A stretch of 64,000 bases of DNA from Nanohaloarchaea archaeon B1-Br10_U2g21 (lineage in GTDB: Archaea > Nanohalarchaeota > Nanosalinia > Nanosalinales > Nanosalinaceae), in NCBI GenBank assembly GCA_001563915.1, contig LKMP01000001.1, positions 48,604 through 112,603 of the forward strand. Direction: 5' to 3'. The notes below the pieces were generated by a model. The model was not told the DNA's origin. It ran no database searches and worked only from the letters and a program-made list of their open reading frames with translations. Positions 40,066 to 51,066 of the stretch are shown here, one piece after another. Position 1 is the stretch's first letter; every line of letters begins with the position of its first letter. Position numbers and translations under genes: made by a program.

Positions 40066-40902
40066 ATGACTTTCAGAGTTGGAGCACACGTATCAACTTC
40101 AGGCGGAGCACAAAAAGCAATTCAAAGACAGGAAGACGTTGGAGGCAACTGTGGGCAGATATTTGCAGGATCTCCAAGGACATGGAAAGTAGCAGAATAT
40201 ACAGATGAAGAGGGGAAAGCCTTCGAAGAAGCTGCTGAAGGAAAAAATCAAGGACCATATGTTATTCATTCGACATACATGGTGAATCTTGCTACTCCGA
40301 AAGATGACTTATTCAAGAAATCGCTGAATTGTCTCCAGTCAGAACTCGATGCAGCAGAAACTTTGGGGGTTAAATATGTCGTATTCCATCCGGGCGCGCA
40401 CACAGGCAGCGGGAGAGAAAACGGGATAGCAAGAATAATTGAAGGCCTTGACTCATTAGATATACCAGAAAACGTGACTTTATTGTTAGAGAATACTGCT
40501 GGTAAAGGAACTACATTAGGAAGAAGTTTTGGTGAGCTTAGAGAAATGCTTGAAGGTACAGAACAGGACAGTATTGGAGTATGTATTGACTCATGTCACG
40601 CTCACGCTGCAGGCTACAACCTAAAAGATGAAGACGGATTTGAGGATATGCTGCAGGAACTTCGAGAAGACTTAGGTTTTGAAAATGTAAAAGTCCTACA
40701 CCTTAATGATTCAAAGGATCCAAGAGGCAGCGAAAAAGACAATCATGAGCATATCGGAGAAGGAGAAATAGGTGTAGAAGGTTTCAAAAATTTGGTTAAC
40801 TGTGAAGAGTTACGAGACCTGCCGATGGTATTGGAAACACCCAATTCTGATGAAAAGGGTTACGCTGAGAATATTGAGAAGATTAGAGAGATCAGAGAGT
40901 AG
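40066..40902 (+). CDS. nfo: endonuclease IV
   Basis: GAHVS, FHPG, LENTAG, DSCHAHAAG, HLNDSK, HEHIG, LETP. Confidence 0.96.
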   Translation: MTFRVGAHVSTSGGAQKAIQRQEDVGGNCGQIFAGSPRTWKVAEYTDEEGKAFEEAAEGKNQGPYVIHSTYMVNLATPKDDLFKKSLNCLQSELDAAETLGVKYVVFHPGAHTGSGRENGIARIIEGLDSLDIPENVTLLLENTAGKGTTLGRSFGELREMLEGTEQDSIGVCIDSCHAHAAGYNLKDEDGFEDMLQELREDLGFENVKVLHLNDSKDPRGSEKDNHEHIGEGEIGVEGFKNLVNCEELRDLPMVLETPNSDEKGYAENIEKIREIRE

Positions 40903-41041
40903 GCCTTGCCGGTAAGCCTCTACTTTTTTATCTTCTTTTCGCAATCTCAGAGGACGCATCAATTTTAAAGATAGCTCAATCAATTTTCTGTAGAGAGTAA
41001 AATTACTCATTAAAGCTTTTTACAGATGTGAAAATTGAAAA

Positions 41042-41542
41042 ATGGCAGAAATACATTCAAATCAGAAAGTAGGCGTCTTTGTAGACGTCCAAAATATGTA
41101 CTATAGCGCAAAAAACCTTTACCAATCAAAAGTAGACTTCAAAAAAGTACTAGAGGCCGCAGTAGTTGACAGAAAGCTATTAAGAGCATCAGCATATGTT
41201 ATAAAGGCAGATACTCCTGACGAAAATAACTTCTTCTCAGCTTTGAGAAAAATAGGGTATGAAGTCAAGATTAAAGAACTAAAAGAGTTCTATGGTGGCC
41301 AAAAAAAGGGCGACTGGGACCTTGGAATGACCGTGGACATGGTTCAGCAGGCTAAAAAACTTGACACAGTAGTCCTTGTAACCGGGGACGGAGATTTTGC
41401 AGTTCTTGTTGATCACTTGAAATCAATGGGATGTAGGGTAGAAGTCATGAGCTTTGGAAAAAGTTCGGCTAAAGAAATCCGCGAAGCAGCAGATAATTTC
41501 ATAGACATGGACGAAAACCATGACAAATACTTGGTGAAATAA
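41042..41542 (+). CDS. NYN domain (LabA/DUF88) protein
   Basis: FVDVQNMY, KGDWD, VTGDGDF. Confidence 0.92.
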   Translation: MAEIHSNQKVGVFVDVQNMYYSAKNLYQSKVDFKKVLEAAVVDRKLLRASAYVIKADTPDENNFFSALRKIGYEVKIKELKEFYGGQKKGDWDLGMTVDMVQQAKKLDTVVLVTGDGDFAVLVDHLKSMGCRVEVMSFGKSSAKEIREAADNFIDMDENHDKYLVK

Positions 41543-41544
41543 AA

Positions 41545-42702
41545 ATGAATTCTATGCACGACGTTAAGGCTTCAGACGTAATGAACGAAAACTTTCCGAA
41601 AGTCTCTAAAGATGACTCTATAGGTAGCGTAAGAGATTTTATGGAGAATAAAGGTCTTAGAGCAGTTGTAGTTGTTGATGGAGATAATCTTGAAGGAGCG
41701 ATTAGTTATAGAGATCTTGTAAGACATACTCAATACAATGAATCAACAAATCTTTCGAAAGTTATCCATATGCCTCCAGAATTCAATAAAGAAGACTCAC
41801 TAGTAGAATTAGCAGATCTCAGAGTTGAATCTGGTAAAAAACTGATGGTTTATACAGAAGGAGGCAGTAATCTAAAGGCTGTTGTGTCTGATGAAGAATT
41901 TGTTGAAGCATGTACTATGGTAAAAGAGTTTGAAAACTATTCAACAAGAAATCTAGCGTCTCATGAGCTAATAGAAGTGTTTGAAGACGATCCTATTGAT
42001 AAAGCACGAAATTTGATGCTGGATAACAATATATCTCGACTCCCTGTACTTGATTCTGAAGGAGAGCTTACAGGCATCTTAAGATCTACAGATTTGTTAA
42101 AGATGCTTGTTCCTCGAGAATCTCCAGACAAAGGAGGTACTTCTGGTCGTTCACTTGAAGACACTCAGATTTCTGGAGGTGTAGAGAAAGAATCTATGTC
42201 TGACATTACAGTTGGCGAAATACATAATCCTAATTTGTTAACAGTCAACGGTTTTGGAGACAGCATTAAGGCAGCAGAGAAAATGATTGAAAATAACTCA
42301 ACAGATCTTATAATTTCGGATTCGGGTTATCCTAAAGCTATCTTAACAGTAAAAGACTATGTAGACTATCTTGAAGATCATTCATACCAAGATATGGTGC
42401 TGGTTAACCTTGTGGGTCTAGAGGTAGAAGAAGAGAAAGCTGCAGTACATCAGAAAATTGCAACTCAGCTCAGAGGTTCTTTAGGTAGAAAAATGAAGAG
42501 GCCTGAGGAACTTTCTATACATGTAAAGAAGCATGATAAGGATGGTAAGAGGCATCGTTATGAGTTGATTGCCAAGCTTCATTCGGAGTATGGAATGATT
42601 ACAACGACTGTTGAAGCTTGGGATTTGCTTGAAGCTGTTGATAAAGCTTTAGACGAGCTTAATACGCTAGTTCGTAAGAAAAAAGAGAAGTCGAGTCAAT
42701 AA
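41545..42702 (+). CDS. CBS-domain protein with C-terminal HPF/RaiA-like domain (ribosome hibernation factor-like)
   Basis: Tandem CBS repeats (ISRLPVLD..GELTGIL); C-terminus LSIHVKK...YELIAKL.....TTVEAWDLLEAVDKALDEL...VRKKK. Confidence 0.8.
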   Translation: MNSMHDVKASDVMNENFPKVSKDDSIGSVRDFMENKGLRAVVVVDGDNLEGAISYRDLVRHTQYNESTNLSKVIHMPPEFNKEDSLVELADLRVESGKKLMVYTEGGSNLKAVVSDEEFVEACTMVKEFENYSTRNLASHELIEVFEDDPIDKARNLMLDNNISRLPVLDSEGELTGILRSTDLLKMLVPRESPDKGGTSGRSLEDTQISGGVEKESMSDITVGEIHNPNLLTVNGFGDSIKAAEKMIENNSTDLIISDSGYPKAILTVKDYVDYLEDHSYQDMVLVNLVGLEVEEEKAAVHQKIATQLRGSLGRKMKRPEELSIHVKKHDKDGKRHRYELIAKLHSEYGMITTTVEAWDLLEAVDKALDELNTLVRKKKEKSSQ

Positions 42703-43040
42703 GTCTCGTCTTCATTCATTTTTTCTATTTTACTTTCTGTTGAGAGACATAGTTTTCTGAAGGAAAGTGTATTCCACATCAGGTAGATGAATACAAATAT
42801 TAGAGCTAGGAATAGCGGGTATTGTGCAAAAGGTACTTCAGTGAGCGCAGCCATATAATAAGCCCAATAAGAAAGGAAAAGCATCATTACTCCAATTAAT
42901 ATAAGCAGACGCTGTGAGAATTCTTTAACAATCTGGTCTTCTATTCTTTGAGAAGTGTTGTAGACAATAAAAAAACTGATAATGCCAATACTTACTGTAA
43001 CAGAAGTACTTATGGCAAAGAGCGTCTGGTCAATACTCAT
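42696..43040 (-). CDS. small membrane protein
   Basis: Three hydrophobic helices. Confidence 0.7.
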   Translation of the reverse strand: MSIDQTLFAISTSVTVSIGIISFFIVYNTSQRIEDQIVKEFSQRLLILIGVMMLFLSYWAYYMAALTEVPFAQYPLFLALIFVFIYLMWNTLSFRKLCLSTESKIEKMNEDETY

Positions 43041-43110
43041 AGAAGTAAATCAGAAAAGGTTTTATATAAAAACTTGTAAAAATGCGAAATTATAGCAGTC
43101 CTTCATATGA

Positions 43111-44892
43111 TTAGGAACGGACCTCTAGACTTTCAGACCTAAATGAGCCAAGTACACGGCCTGCAAGATCACTGTCTTTTGTCAAAGAAACTTCTCCAGA
43201 TTTACCAACTGTTGCTGTGAAAAGAAACTCTTCTCCATCATATACGTCTATATCTAAGCCTGCATACTTATTGCCCAAATCAATTACTACAGAGTTACCT
43301 CTTTCTCTTACCTCGAAATCTATTGCAGATTTCAAAGTCTTCTTTGCGGGCTCTACATTTATGTTAAGTCCTAGATCTTTCTCCAGTCTATCAATGTTCT
43401 CTCCGCCTTTACCGATTACGTAAGGGATTTCTTCTTCGTCGACGTATAGTGTGATACTATCGCTAGAAATGAATTCAATTTTAGGATTGTTTACTTTGCC
43501 TGCTAAAAAATGTTCTATTTGTTTTCTAGCTAGTTTTTCTGCGCCAGATTCGTCATGGTCATCTATAGGTATTACTACAGTCTCTTCACCGTAAGTATAA
43601 ATTTCATAGACTGGTGTGGCGTTCTCAAAACGTCTAATTTGGATTACTGGTCTAGCTAAATCTTCTTCAACCATTCCTTCTGGAACTTTTACAACCATTT
43701 CTAGTTCATAAACTTCTGCGACTTCAGCGTTTTCGATAAATACTACTGTATCGCAGACTTGAGGGATCATTCCTAGTTCTACGCGGCCAATCAAACGCTG
43801 AACTGCATCTACTGCTTCAGAAGCATGAACAATACCAATCATTCCTACTCCGGCCATACGCATATCGCTGAAGACTTCAAAATCGCTGGTTCTCCGAACC
43901 TCATCAAAAACAGTGAAGTCAGGTCTTACTAGTAACAGAAAATCTCCGGTGTTCTCCATTGAGTCATCGAGAGCAGTATATTGTGTGATATCAGCGCTCA
44001 CATCTAAATCGCGGGGTTTCTCCATTGTCTTCACTACACGTTGTTGGCCTTCATAGTGTTCCGCTAGAGCTTGTGCAAAAGTAGACTTACCATGTCCTGG
44101 TGCGCCAGCCACTAGTATACCTTCTGCATTATCATCCAGTCTTTCTATCAGTTCATCAGAGAGATTATAATCATCTAGCCCTACTTTAGCCACCGGCCTC
44201 ACTGCTGTTATCTCCGCTGCTTCTGAGAATGGAGGCCTACTAATTGCGATTCTGTATTCTCCATACTGTATCACTGTAGCTCCGCGGCCTTCCATCTCGA
44301 TAAGTCCTAGCTCAGAACTTTCTGATGCTTCCACAGTCTCGTGGATAAGATTTTCTAAATTTTCTTTACTGAGTTCCTCTTCACTAATTTCTTCAAGCTT
44401 AAATGCGCCAGGCATCCCTCTCTTTGCTTTAGGTCTTGAACCCTGTTTTAAGTGGATGCTCATAGTTTCATCATCAAAAAATTCTTCGAGCGGGAATTCT
44501 ACTTCTCTTACCGTTTCAAAAAGTTTTACATCAATTCCTTTCGCTTCCGCTACTTTGGCCTGGACTATATCTCCAGTATAAAGTTTAGCATCAAGTTCCT
44601 CCGCTATATCTCTTATTAAGGCGTCTATTCGGCCATTTCTGGCGAGTTCGATTTCCTCCAAAGTAGGTTTTCGCCCAGTGAAACTTAGTTTAACCTCTTC
44701 GGATTCTAAATTTTTAAGTTCTTTAATTTCTTTTATGCCTGTGAAACCTGTCTCTCTGCCGTTATTGGCTTGATTTTCAAGTTCATCAACTACAAACTCT
44801 GGTATAATTATTTCTCCTTCAAAAGCATTGTTTTCTATCAAAGAGGAAATTTTTCCGTCAATGATGGCGGAGGTGTCAGGTACTACTTTCAC
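43111..44892 (-). CDS. PINA ATPase (PIN + P-loop ATPase + KH)
   Basis: VPDTSAIIDG, AGAPGHGKST, DEVRR..DF, GRVELGMIPQ, VIGKGG. Confidence 0.93.
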   Translation of the reverse strand: MKVVPDTSAIIDGKISSLIENNAFEGEIIIPEFVVDELENQANNGRETGFTGIKEIKELKNLESEEVKLSFTGRKPTLEEIELARNGRIDALIRDIAEELDAKLYTGDIVQAKVAEAKGIDVKLFETVREVEFPLEEFFDDETMSIHLKQGSRPKAKRGMPGAFKLEEISEEELSKENLENLIHETVEASESSELGLIEMEGRGATVIQYGEYRIAISRPPFSEAAEITAVRPVAKVGLDDYNLSDELIERLDDNAEGILVAGAPGHGKSTFAQALAEHYEGQQRVVKTMEKPRDLDVSADITQYTALDDSMENTGDFLLLVRPDFTVFDEVRRTSDFEVFSDMRMAGVGMIGIVHASEAVDAVQRLIGRVELGMIPQVCDTVVFIENAEVAEVYELEMVVKVPEGMVEEDLARPVIQIRRFENATPVYEIYTYGEETVVIPIDDHDESGAEKLARKQIEHFLAGKVNNPKIEFISSDSITLYVDEEEIPYVIGKGGENIDRLEKDLGLNINVEPAKKTLKSAIDFEVRERGNSVVIDLGNKYAGLDIDVYDGEEFLFTATVGKSGEVSLTKDSDLAGRVLGSFRSESLEVRS

Positions 44893-44927
44893 GTCTTAAA
44901 TAAGAATGGATAGTTTGAAAAACATAC

Positions 44928-45716
44928 TCAAATCTTTTCCACATCATCTAAGTAGTTGAGATGATTAACAACGGTGTTGTAAGCATCAAACCCTACTGCA
45001 GTAAGTCGAGTATCGCCTCCGTTCACTAGTCCGAGTTCGCGTAAATCTTGTGTTGTCTGTCTTACTGATTCGTAGGGTAGGTCTACAAGCTCGTTTACCT
45101 GTGTTGTACTCATGCCTGAGCCATATAGGAGAAAAGTCTCAATTTTTTCGCCGCTGTTTTGTCCTGCTGCACTGTCAGATGTAGTGCGCAGTACTCTGTA
45201 CATCTCACCAGGGTCAAAAGATAGCTCTGTACTGGAATGATTTAGGAAAAATTCTCCTTGACTCGTTAAGTTATCGTTTTCATCTGTAAGACCGGCATCT
45301 CGATACTGATTTCTCCATCTCCACCATGTAGAACCAGTTTTTGGAGGTTTTGAGTTAGAAGCTAGTGCTTCTAGACCTTCAATACGGCTTGAACCTCTCT
45401 GCGTTTTCAAAGAGTCATAGATGCAGTCTAGCTCTTCGAATACAAGAGTGTCTGGAAGTTCTTTATCTCCAGAGAGTTCGAGATTTTCTAAGTCAATTTC
45501 TCCTGAATTCCATTCTAGAGATCCTGGAATAGTTTCTTGCTTGAAGTTTTCTGAATCATCTATGTTAAAGGCCTGCGCGTAGGATTTCATTAAGTAATCT
45601 TGAACGGTATCTGCGCAGTGAGGGCCTTTTGCCATATAGATGAGAGCGGGCGGAAGTATTAAGTGTGTTGCATGTTTTGTTACTGAGGAGTAACCTTGTT
45701 CTGCATTATTCAACAT
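44928..45716 (-). CDS. hypothetical protein with wHTH-like repeats
   Basis: YRDAGL....LTSQG and LRELGLV....LTAVG; start uncertain. Confidence 0.65.
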   Translation of the reverse strand: MLNNAEQGYSSVTKHATHLILPPALIYMAKGPHCADTVQDYLMKSYAQAFNIDDSENFKQETIPGSLEWNSGEIDLENLELSGDKELPDTLVFEELDCIYDSLKTQRGSSRIEGLEALASNSKPPKTGSTWWRWRNQYRDAGLTDENDNLTSQGEFFLNHSSTELSFDPGEMYRVLRTTSDSAAGQNSGEKIETFLLYGSGMSTTQVNELVDLPYESVRQTTQDLRELGLVNGGDTRLTAVGFDAYNTVVNHLNYLDDVEKI

Positions 45717-45759
45717 AGAAGGGTATAAAAGGCATGTGTTGTAATTGATAGCCAAAAGG

Positions 45760-45807
45760 CTACGATATGTAGTGGGGAGGGGAGAGAATTCTCCCTATAT
45801 GTAGTGC
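45760..45807 (+). promoter_or_regulatory. tandem NrdR boxes
   Basis: CTACGATATGTAGTGG (45760-45775) and TCCCTATATGTAGTGC (45792-45807), 32 bp apart, upstream of nrdR-nrdJ. Confidence 0.85.
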
Positions 45808-45834
45808 ACTATTCAAATAGAGGCAAAGCTATCC

Positions 45835-46272
45835 ATGAAATGTCATTACTGTGAAGAAGGCGAAACTAGAGTAGTTGACACTCGCGAAAGAAAAGATAAG
45901 ATAAAAAGAAGAAGAGAGTGCAAGAACTGCGGCAAACGCTTCACTACATACGAAACAGTTGAGAGCATTAACACCAAAGTAGAAAAAGATAGAGGAGACA
46001 TAGAAAAGTTCAAAGAAGACAAAATAAGAGCAGGTCTCAAAAAAGCTGTCCAAAAAACGCCTGTCACATCCGACGATATTGAAGAAATCGTTGAAGAAGT
46101 AAAAGCGCAAATTAAACAAAAAGAAAAAGTCTCTTCCAAACACATAGGAGATATAGTAAAATCAGAACTCCGCTCTCGAAACAAAGTAGCCTATATCCGT
46201 TTTGCCTCAGTCTATGACTCATTTGAAGATGTAGAAATGTTCCAAAAAGAAGTTGAGGCCCTAAAAGAATAA
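45835..46272 (+). CDS. nrdR: transcriptional repressor NrdR
   Basis: C..C, RVVDTR, RRRREC-like KRRREC..CGKRFTTYE, ATP cone, VAYIRFASVY. Confidence 0.96.
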   Translation: MKCHYCEEGETRVVDTRERKDKIKRRRECKNCGKRFTTYETVESINTKVEKDRGDIEKFKEDKIRAGLKKAVQKTPVTSDDIEEIVEEVKAQIKQKEKVSSKHIGDIVKSELRSRNKVAYIRFASVYDSFEDVEMFQKEVEALKE

Positions 46273-46298
46273 CTTAATCCTATATTAAAGGTGACAAA

Positions 46299-49200
46299 AT
46301 GCCAAACACACTAGAACAACGTACGGACTTCAAACTACCTGTAAAAAAAGTTACAGGCGAAACAGTCAAAGAAAGACTGACAGAGAACGCCTACGAGCGA
46401 ATATTGCCTGCAAGATATCTTCTCAAAGACAAAAAAGGAGAAGTAATCGAAACAGTAGAGGAAATGTTTGAAAGGGTAGCGAAGAACGTAGCGCAACCAG
46501 ACAAAGAATACGACGATGTAGATTATGAAGAATCTTGGAAAGAGTTCTTCGACTTAATGACTCATCAGGCCTTCATGCCTAACTCTCCAACACTTATGAA
46601 TGCAGGCGCAGATCTACAGCAGCTATCAGCTTGTTTTGTCGCACATCCAGAAGACGACATGGACTCAATTTTCAACTGCGTACACGACGCTGCAAAAATT
46701 TTCCAATCTGGAGGGGGCATGGGATATCCATTCCATCTACTAAGACCTAAAGGAGACCAAGTCAAATCCACAGGCGGAATTGCATCAGGCCCAATGACAT
46801 TCCAGCAAGTTTTCGACACAATGTGCGGCACTATTAAGCAGGGAGGTAAGAGACGAGGAGCACAGATGGGCATTATGCGAGTCGACCATCCGGATGTACT
46901 CAGATTTATTGTTTCTAAGAGAAAAGAAGGAAACCTCTCAAATTTCAACATTTCCGTAGGATTAACAGAAGAATTCATGGAGGCAGTCAAAAATGACGAA
47001 GATTACACTTTGATCAATCCAAGAACTGAGGAGCCTCATATTGTCAACGACAAGACTGCAGAGTTCTACAATACAGACGAAGAATGGCATCCACAAGCTG
47101 CAGGAAGCGACACCGGAAAAGATGATAACTTCTGGAGAGATTTCGCAACAAGTTTCGGAGATGAAATCAAAGAATTTGATATTAGCCTAGAACCAGGGGA
47201 GGAAATGACACTTCCGGCACGATTTATCTGGGAAACGCTCGTAGATGGGGCATGGAGAAATGGAGAACCAGGCCTGTTCATGTACGATGAAACTAACGAA
47301 ATGCACAGCTTTGACATTGAAAAACATCCAGAACACAAGGTAGAAGCCACAAATCCATGTGTTACAGGAGATACTCTGATCTATACGCGTACAGGAGTCT
47401 ATACTGCTGAAGAGCTTTATAATCAGAGAGTCTCTACTGATGTTGTAGTTGACAGCCGTCTCAGTGATGAAAAAGTTAAAGAGGCTTCAAGTGTTTATAA
47501 GACGGGAACAAAAGATGTCTACAAGCTGAGGACGGAAGAAGGATTTGAACTACGATTAACAGCAGACCATAGGGTAATGACTGAAGATGGCTGGAAGGAA
47601 GCTAAAGAGATGGAAGAAGGTGAAGAAGTGCATATTTTAGACCGTGAAGGCTGTTTCGGACACTCAGGAACTGAAAAAGAAGGGAGAGTCCTTGGATGGA
47701 TTGTTGGAGATGGACAGATGAAGCATGATGAAGAACGAACAGTACTTCATTTCTATGATCAAGATACAGAAATATCACAGCAGTTTGCATCTGATGTTAA
47801 CTCGGTAGTTCGTGAAGCAGAAGGAAATGGAAACTACGGAATTGGAGTGCAGCAAATTCAAAGAAGTGAGGGTCATAGAAAAGTCGAAACTGCAAAAGAA
47901 CAAAGAGTCAGATCTTCAAGACTGTATGAATTTGCATCAGAATATGGTCTGGAAGAGGAAAAACTACAGGTTCCTGATAAGGTATTTAGGTCAAGTAAAA
48001 AGATGGCGAAAGGATTTCTACAAGGTCTTTTCACAGCAGATGGCTCGGTACAAGGGAACGTTGAGAAAGGAGTCCAAATAAGGCTATCCAGTTCACATAA
48101 ACCGCTATTGAAGCAGACTCAAAGACTTTTGATCAACTTCGGAATCTACAGTAAAATATACGAAAATAGGAGAGATAAAGGAGTTAGAAAGTTACCAGAC
48201 AGCAAAGGCGGCTTAAAAGAGTATGAAGTAAAAGCTCAGCACGAACTAGTTATCTCAAAAGATAATCTAGCGAAATTCAAAGAAGAAATTGGGTTTTTAA
48301 GAGAAGATAAGAACCAGAAACTCAGAGAAAAATTGTCTAACTACACTAAAGGACCTTACACAGAACAAAAAACTGCTAAAGTGAAGCAGATAGAAAAAGA
48401 TGGTCATGAAGACGTATATGATCTTACTGAGCCGGATACACACAGCTTCATTGCAAACGGCATAGTAGTCCACAACTGCGGCGAGCAACCGTTGGAGAAT
48501 TATGAGGCTTGCAACCTTGGACACATTAATCTATCGCTTCTGGTAAAAGATAAAGGGGATGGAACAGCATTAACGTTCTCGGAATGGAAACAGAACAAAG
48601 GTAGTGCATACGATCTGGACACACAAGAAGGGCTAGAAGAAGCAATGCAGGACTACATTCAGGAAGCAGTCGACATGGAGCAGTTTGAGTACGTTGCAAA
48701 AACGGGTACTCGTTTCCTTGACAATGTGGTGACTATGAGTGACTTTCCGCTTGAGGAAATTGAAGAAACTGTTACTTCGCTGAGGAAGATAGGTCTAGGA
48801 ATCATGGGATTCGCACAGATGATGACTCAGTTAGGCGTAAGATATGGATCAGAAGAATCAATAGCGGCAGCAAAAGAAGTACAGAGACTAGTAACAAGGT
48901 TCTCAATAGAGGAAAGCCACAAACTTGCAGGAGAGAGAGGAGAGTTTTCAGAGTGGGAGAAATCCAAATGGGCTGAACCAACAGAATATCCAGGATGGTT
49001 CGAACAGTACACAGGAGGACTAGATCCTGAAGAATTTGAAGATGGTCTCAAGATGAGAAACCACAACACAGTTACAATTGCTCCGACTGGAACGACCTCG
49101 ATGATTGCGAACACCTCTGGAGGATGTGAACCCGTATACTCTTTAGCATACTTCAAGAACGTTGCAAAAGACATTCAAGGAACAGACATGCTTGTAGAGT

Positions 49201-50342
49201 TCGATGACTACTTCATCAAGGCCTTGGAGGCAAACGACGTTGATGTAGAAGAAGTCAAAGAAGCAGCGGAAGAGAAAATGCGGAACAACGAATGGGAGGG
49301 AGTAGAATCTATCCCGGACGAAATTTTGCCTGCGCATGTTAAAGAAATTTTCACAACAGCTGACCAGGTAAAAGCAGATGAACACGTCGACATTCAGGCA
49401 GCATTCCAGTACCACAACCACTCAGGAATCTCCAAGACATGCAACTTCCCTAACAGCGCAACAAAAGAAGACGTCAGAGACGCCTACATGAGAGCCTACG
49501 ACAAAGGAATCAAAGGTATGACCGTCTATAGAGATGGAACACGAGACGTACAAGTCTTACAGACTAACCAAGAGAACACATTGACTGATATGGATAAGGT
49601 CGATATGCTCAGCCAGATTGTAGAAGAATTTGGCGGGGCTCAGAAATTACTCGAATCGAACGAGTTTGAGGAGGTGGTCGGAGACACAGATTTAGAACTC
49701 CAAGAACAGGAACTAGAAAAAGAAGTAACACAGGAAGGAATTGAAGCAGACACAGAAAAAACCCGGAATCCGTTCACTAATGGAGGTTCTAACACTTCAA
49801 TGAGTAACGAAGCCCGGAAAAGACCTAAAGTCATTACAGGTTCAACACAGGAAATCGAGACAGCGTACGGAGACCTCTACGTCACAATCAATGATGACCA
49901 AGAGGGACCATTTGAAGTATTCGCCCAGATCGGAAAAGCAGGAGGATATACACAATCCTTTACAGAAGGATTAGGCCGTACTATATCTCTAGCATTAAGA
50001 ACGGGTGCAGAAGCAGAAGATGTTATCAAACAACTTGATGACATCCGAAGCCCACAGATTAGCTGGGACCAAGGTACGCAAATCCATTCAGTGCCTGACG
50101 CAATCGCTGAAGCAATGAAACGTCACGTAGGCATGGAACAAGGTCAACAACAAACAGTAGACAGCTTCGAGGGGGAGATACAACCAAAAACTAGTACGGA
50201 AGAATTTGCAGATGCGACTAAAAAAGGAGCAGCAAGCATCGTAAGCGATGGAGACAACCCTGAATGTCCAGACTGTGGAGGCATGTTAGAACTCCAAGAA
50301 GGATGTAAAAAATGCTCAACCTGCGGATGGAGCCAGTGCTAG
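46299..50342 (+). CDS. nrdJ: adenosylcobalamin-dependent (class II) ribonucleotide reductase, intein-containing
   Basis: [25 protein letters not shown]|[32 protein letters not shown]; C-terminal TSCPD-like domain and Zn ribbon. Confidence 0.96.
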   Translation: MPNTLEQRTDFKLPVKKVTGETVKERLTENAYERILPARYLLKDKKGEVIETVEEMFERVAKNVAQPDKEYDDVDYEESWKEFFDLMTHQAFMPNSPTLMNAGADLQQLSACFVAHPEDDMDSIFNCVHDAAKIFQSGGGMGYPFHLLRPKGDQVKSTGGIASGPMTFQQVFDTMCGTIKQGGKRRGAQMGIMRVDHPDVLRFIVSKRKEGNLSNFNISVGLTEEFMEAVKNDEDYTLINPRTEEPHIVNDKTAEFYNTDEEWHPQAAGSDTGKDDNFWRDFATSFGDEIKEFDISLEPGEEMTLPARFIWETLVDGAWRNGEPGLFMYDETNEMHSFDIEKHPEHKVEATNPCVTGDTLIYTRTGVYTAEELYNQRVSTDVVVDSRLSDEKVKEASSVYKTGTKDVYKLRTEEGFELRLTADHRVMTEDGWKEAKEMEEGEEVHILDREGCFGHSGTEKEGRVLGWIVGDGQMKHDEERTVLHFYDQDTEISQQFASDVNSVVREAEGNGNYGIGVQQIQRSEGHRKVETAKEQRVRSSRLYEFASEYGLEEEKLQVPDKVFRSSKKMAKGFLQGLFTADGSVQGNVEKGVQIRLSSSHKPLLKQTQRLLINFGIYSKIYENRRDKGVRKLPDSKGGLKEYEVKAQHELVISKDNLAKFKEEIGFLREDKNQKLREKLSNYTKGPYTEQKTAKVKQIEKDGHEDVYDLTEPDTHSFIANGIVVHNCGEQPLENYEACNLGHINLSLLVKDKGDGTALTFSEWKQNKGSAYDLDTQEGLEEAMQDYIQEAVDMEQFEYVAKTGTRFLDNVVTMSDFPLEEIEETVTSLRKIGLGIMGFAQMMTQLGVRYGSEESIAAAKEVQRLVTRFSIEESHKLAGERGEFSEWEKSKWAEPTEYPGWFEQYTGGLDPEEFEDGLKMRNHNTVTIAPTGTTSMIANTSGGCEPVYSLAYFKNVAKDIQGTDMLVEFDDYFIKALEANDVDVEEVKEAAEEKMRNNEWEGVESIPDEILPAHVKEIFTTADQVKADEHVDIQAAFQYHNHSGISKTCNFPNSATKEDVRDAYMRAYDKGIKGMTVYRDGTRDVQVLQTNQENTLTDMDKVDMLSQIVEEFGGAQKLLESNEFEEVVGDTDLELQEQELEKEVTQEGIEADTEKTRNPFTNGGSNTSMSNEARKRPKVITGSTQEIETAYGDLYVTINDDQEGPFEVFAQIGKAGGYTQSFTEGLGRTISLALRTGAEAEDVIKQLDDIRSPQISWDQGTQIHSVPDAIAEAMKRHVGMEQGQQQTVDSFEGEIQPKTSTEEFADATKKGAASIVSDGDNPECPDCGGMLELQEGCKKCSTCGWSQC
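47358..48476 (+). mobile_element. 373-aa intein with LAGLIDADG homing endonuclease
   Basis: CVTGDT...LTADHRV...IVVHN|C; LAGLIDADG-like VLGWIVGDG and [10 protein letters not shown]. Confidence 0.95.
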
Positions 50343-50354
50343 GTGGACAAGAGA

Positions 50355-50663
50355 ATGACTGATAGACAACTCGACCTAGGCCAGTACAAGCTCCACCACG
50401 TAACCGGCATGGAACCCATAACAGGTGTCGAGGAGGTCAAAACCCTTCTCACACCGAGGCCTTCAATGGCCTCAGGAACGCTCCAAGAGAAAATTGCAGA
50501 TATAGAAACCACTCTGACATGCGACCAACGATACCTGGGAGAAACAGACGCACCAGACTACAGCCAGTTTGAACAAGCTACATTGGATGTAGGTGTACTT
50601 GTAGAGACAGAACAGTCTCAAATCGGAGACTACAACAAATCAAGGGCAATCGCATCAGACTAG
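50355..50663 (+). CDS. hypothetical protein
   Basis: ORF directly after nrdJ; AGGTGG SD before ATG 50355. Confidence 0.6.
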   Translation: MTDRQLDLGQYKLHHVTGMEPITGVEEVKTLLTPRPSMASGTLQEKIADIETTLTCDQRYLGETDAPDYSQFEQATLDVGVLVETEQSQIGDYNKSRAIASD

Positions 50664-50700
50664 GCCCAAAGGCCTAGATATCTCCTTTTTCTTTTATTAT
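50660..50700. terminator. hairpin plus T tract between convergent genes
   Basis: CTAGGCC-CAAA-GGCCTAG (50660-50677) then TTTTTCTTTT. Confidence 0.6.
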
Positions 50701-50707
50701 GCAAAGT

Positions 50708-50999
50708 TTATTCTCTCATTCTTCTTGAGGCCTTCATTACTGCTCTGTATTTGTCGTAGTTGTTGATTTCTTGTCTGAGGAATTGTTCGCATTCTTCTGT
50801 TTCTGTTGTTAGCATGTTGAAGGCCTGTAGTGCGTATAGTCGTTGTTCTACTTCTTCCTCTGGTAGTGTGGAGTAGGGTTCTGTGTATCCCAGTATTTCA
50901 TTGTATGTTGCTTTCTCTTCAGGATCTAATTATAGCATTAATTATGAATGGTGATCCTGTTTCGTCGTCTATGAGTCTACGTTTGTCGTTGTAATTCAT
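50708..50999 (-). pseudogene. frameshifted small helical (wHTH-like) gene
   Basis: AGGAG SD, MNYNDKRRLIDDETGSPFIINAI then frame change near 50930 to LDPEEKATYNEILG...RRMRE-stop. Confidence 0.6.
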
Positions 51000-51066
51000 T
51001 TTTCGAGGACTCCTAAAGAGTTGTGCAGGATCGCATTATTTAGTTGTTCCTGTTCAGTGAGTATTC

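Noticed and set aside
43111-44892. PIN toxin or second secretion ATPase
   Set aside because: PIN-ATPase-KH architecture is the conserved archaeal PINA protein
50340-50663. In-frame TAG between nrdJ and the next ORF, suggesting read-through or pyrrolysine
   Set aside because: NrdJ ends naturally at its Zn ribbon (CSTCGWSQC), and the overlapping AGGTGG is a good SD for ATG 50355
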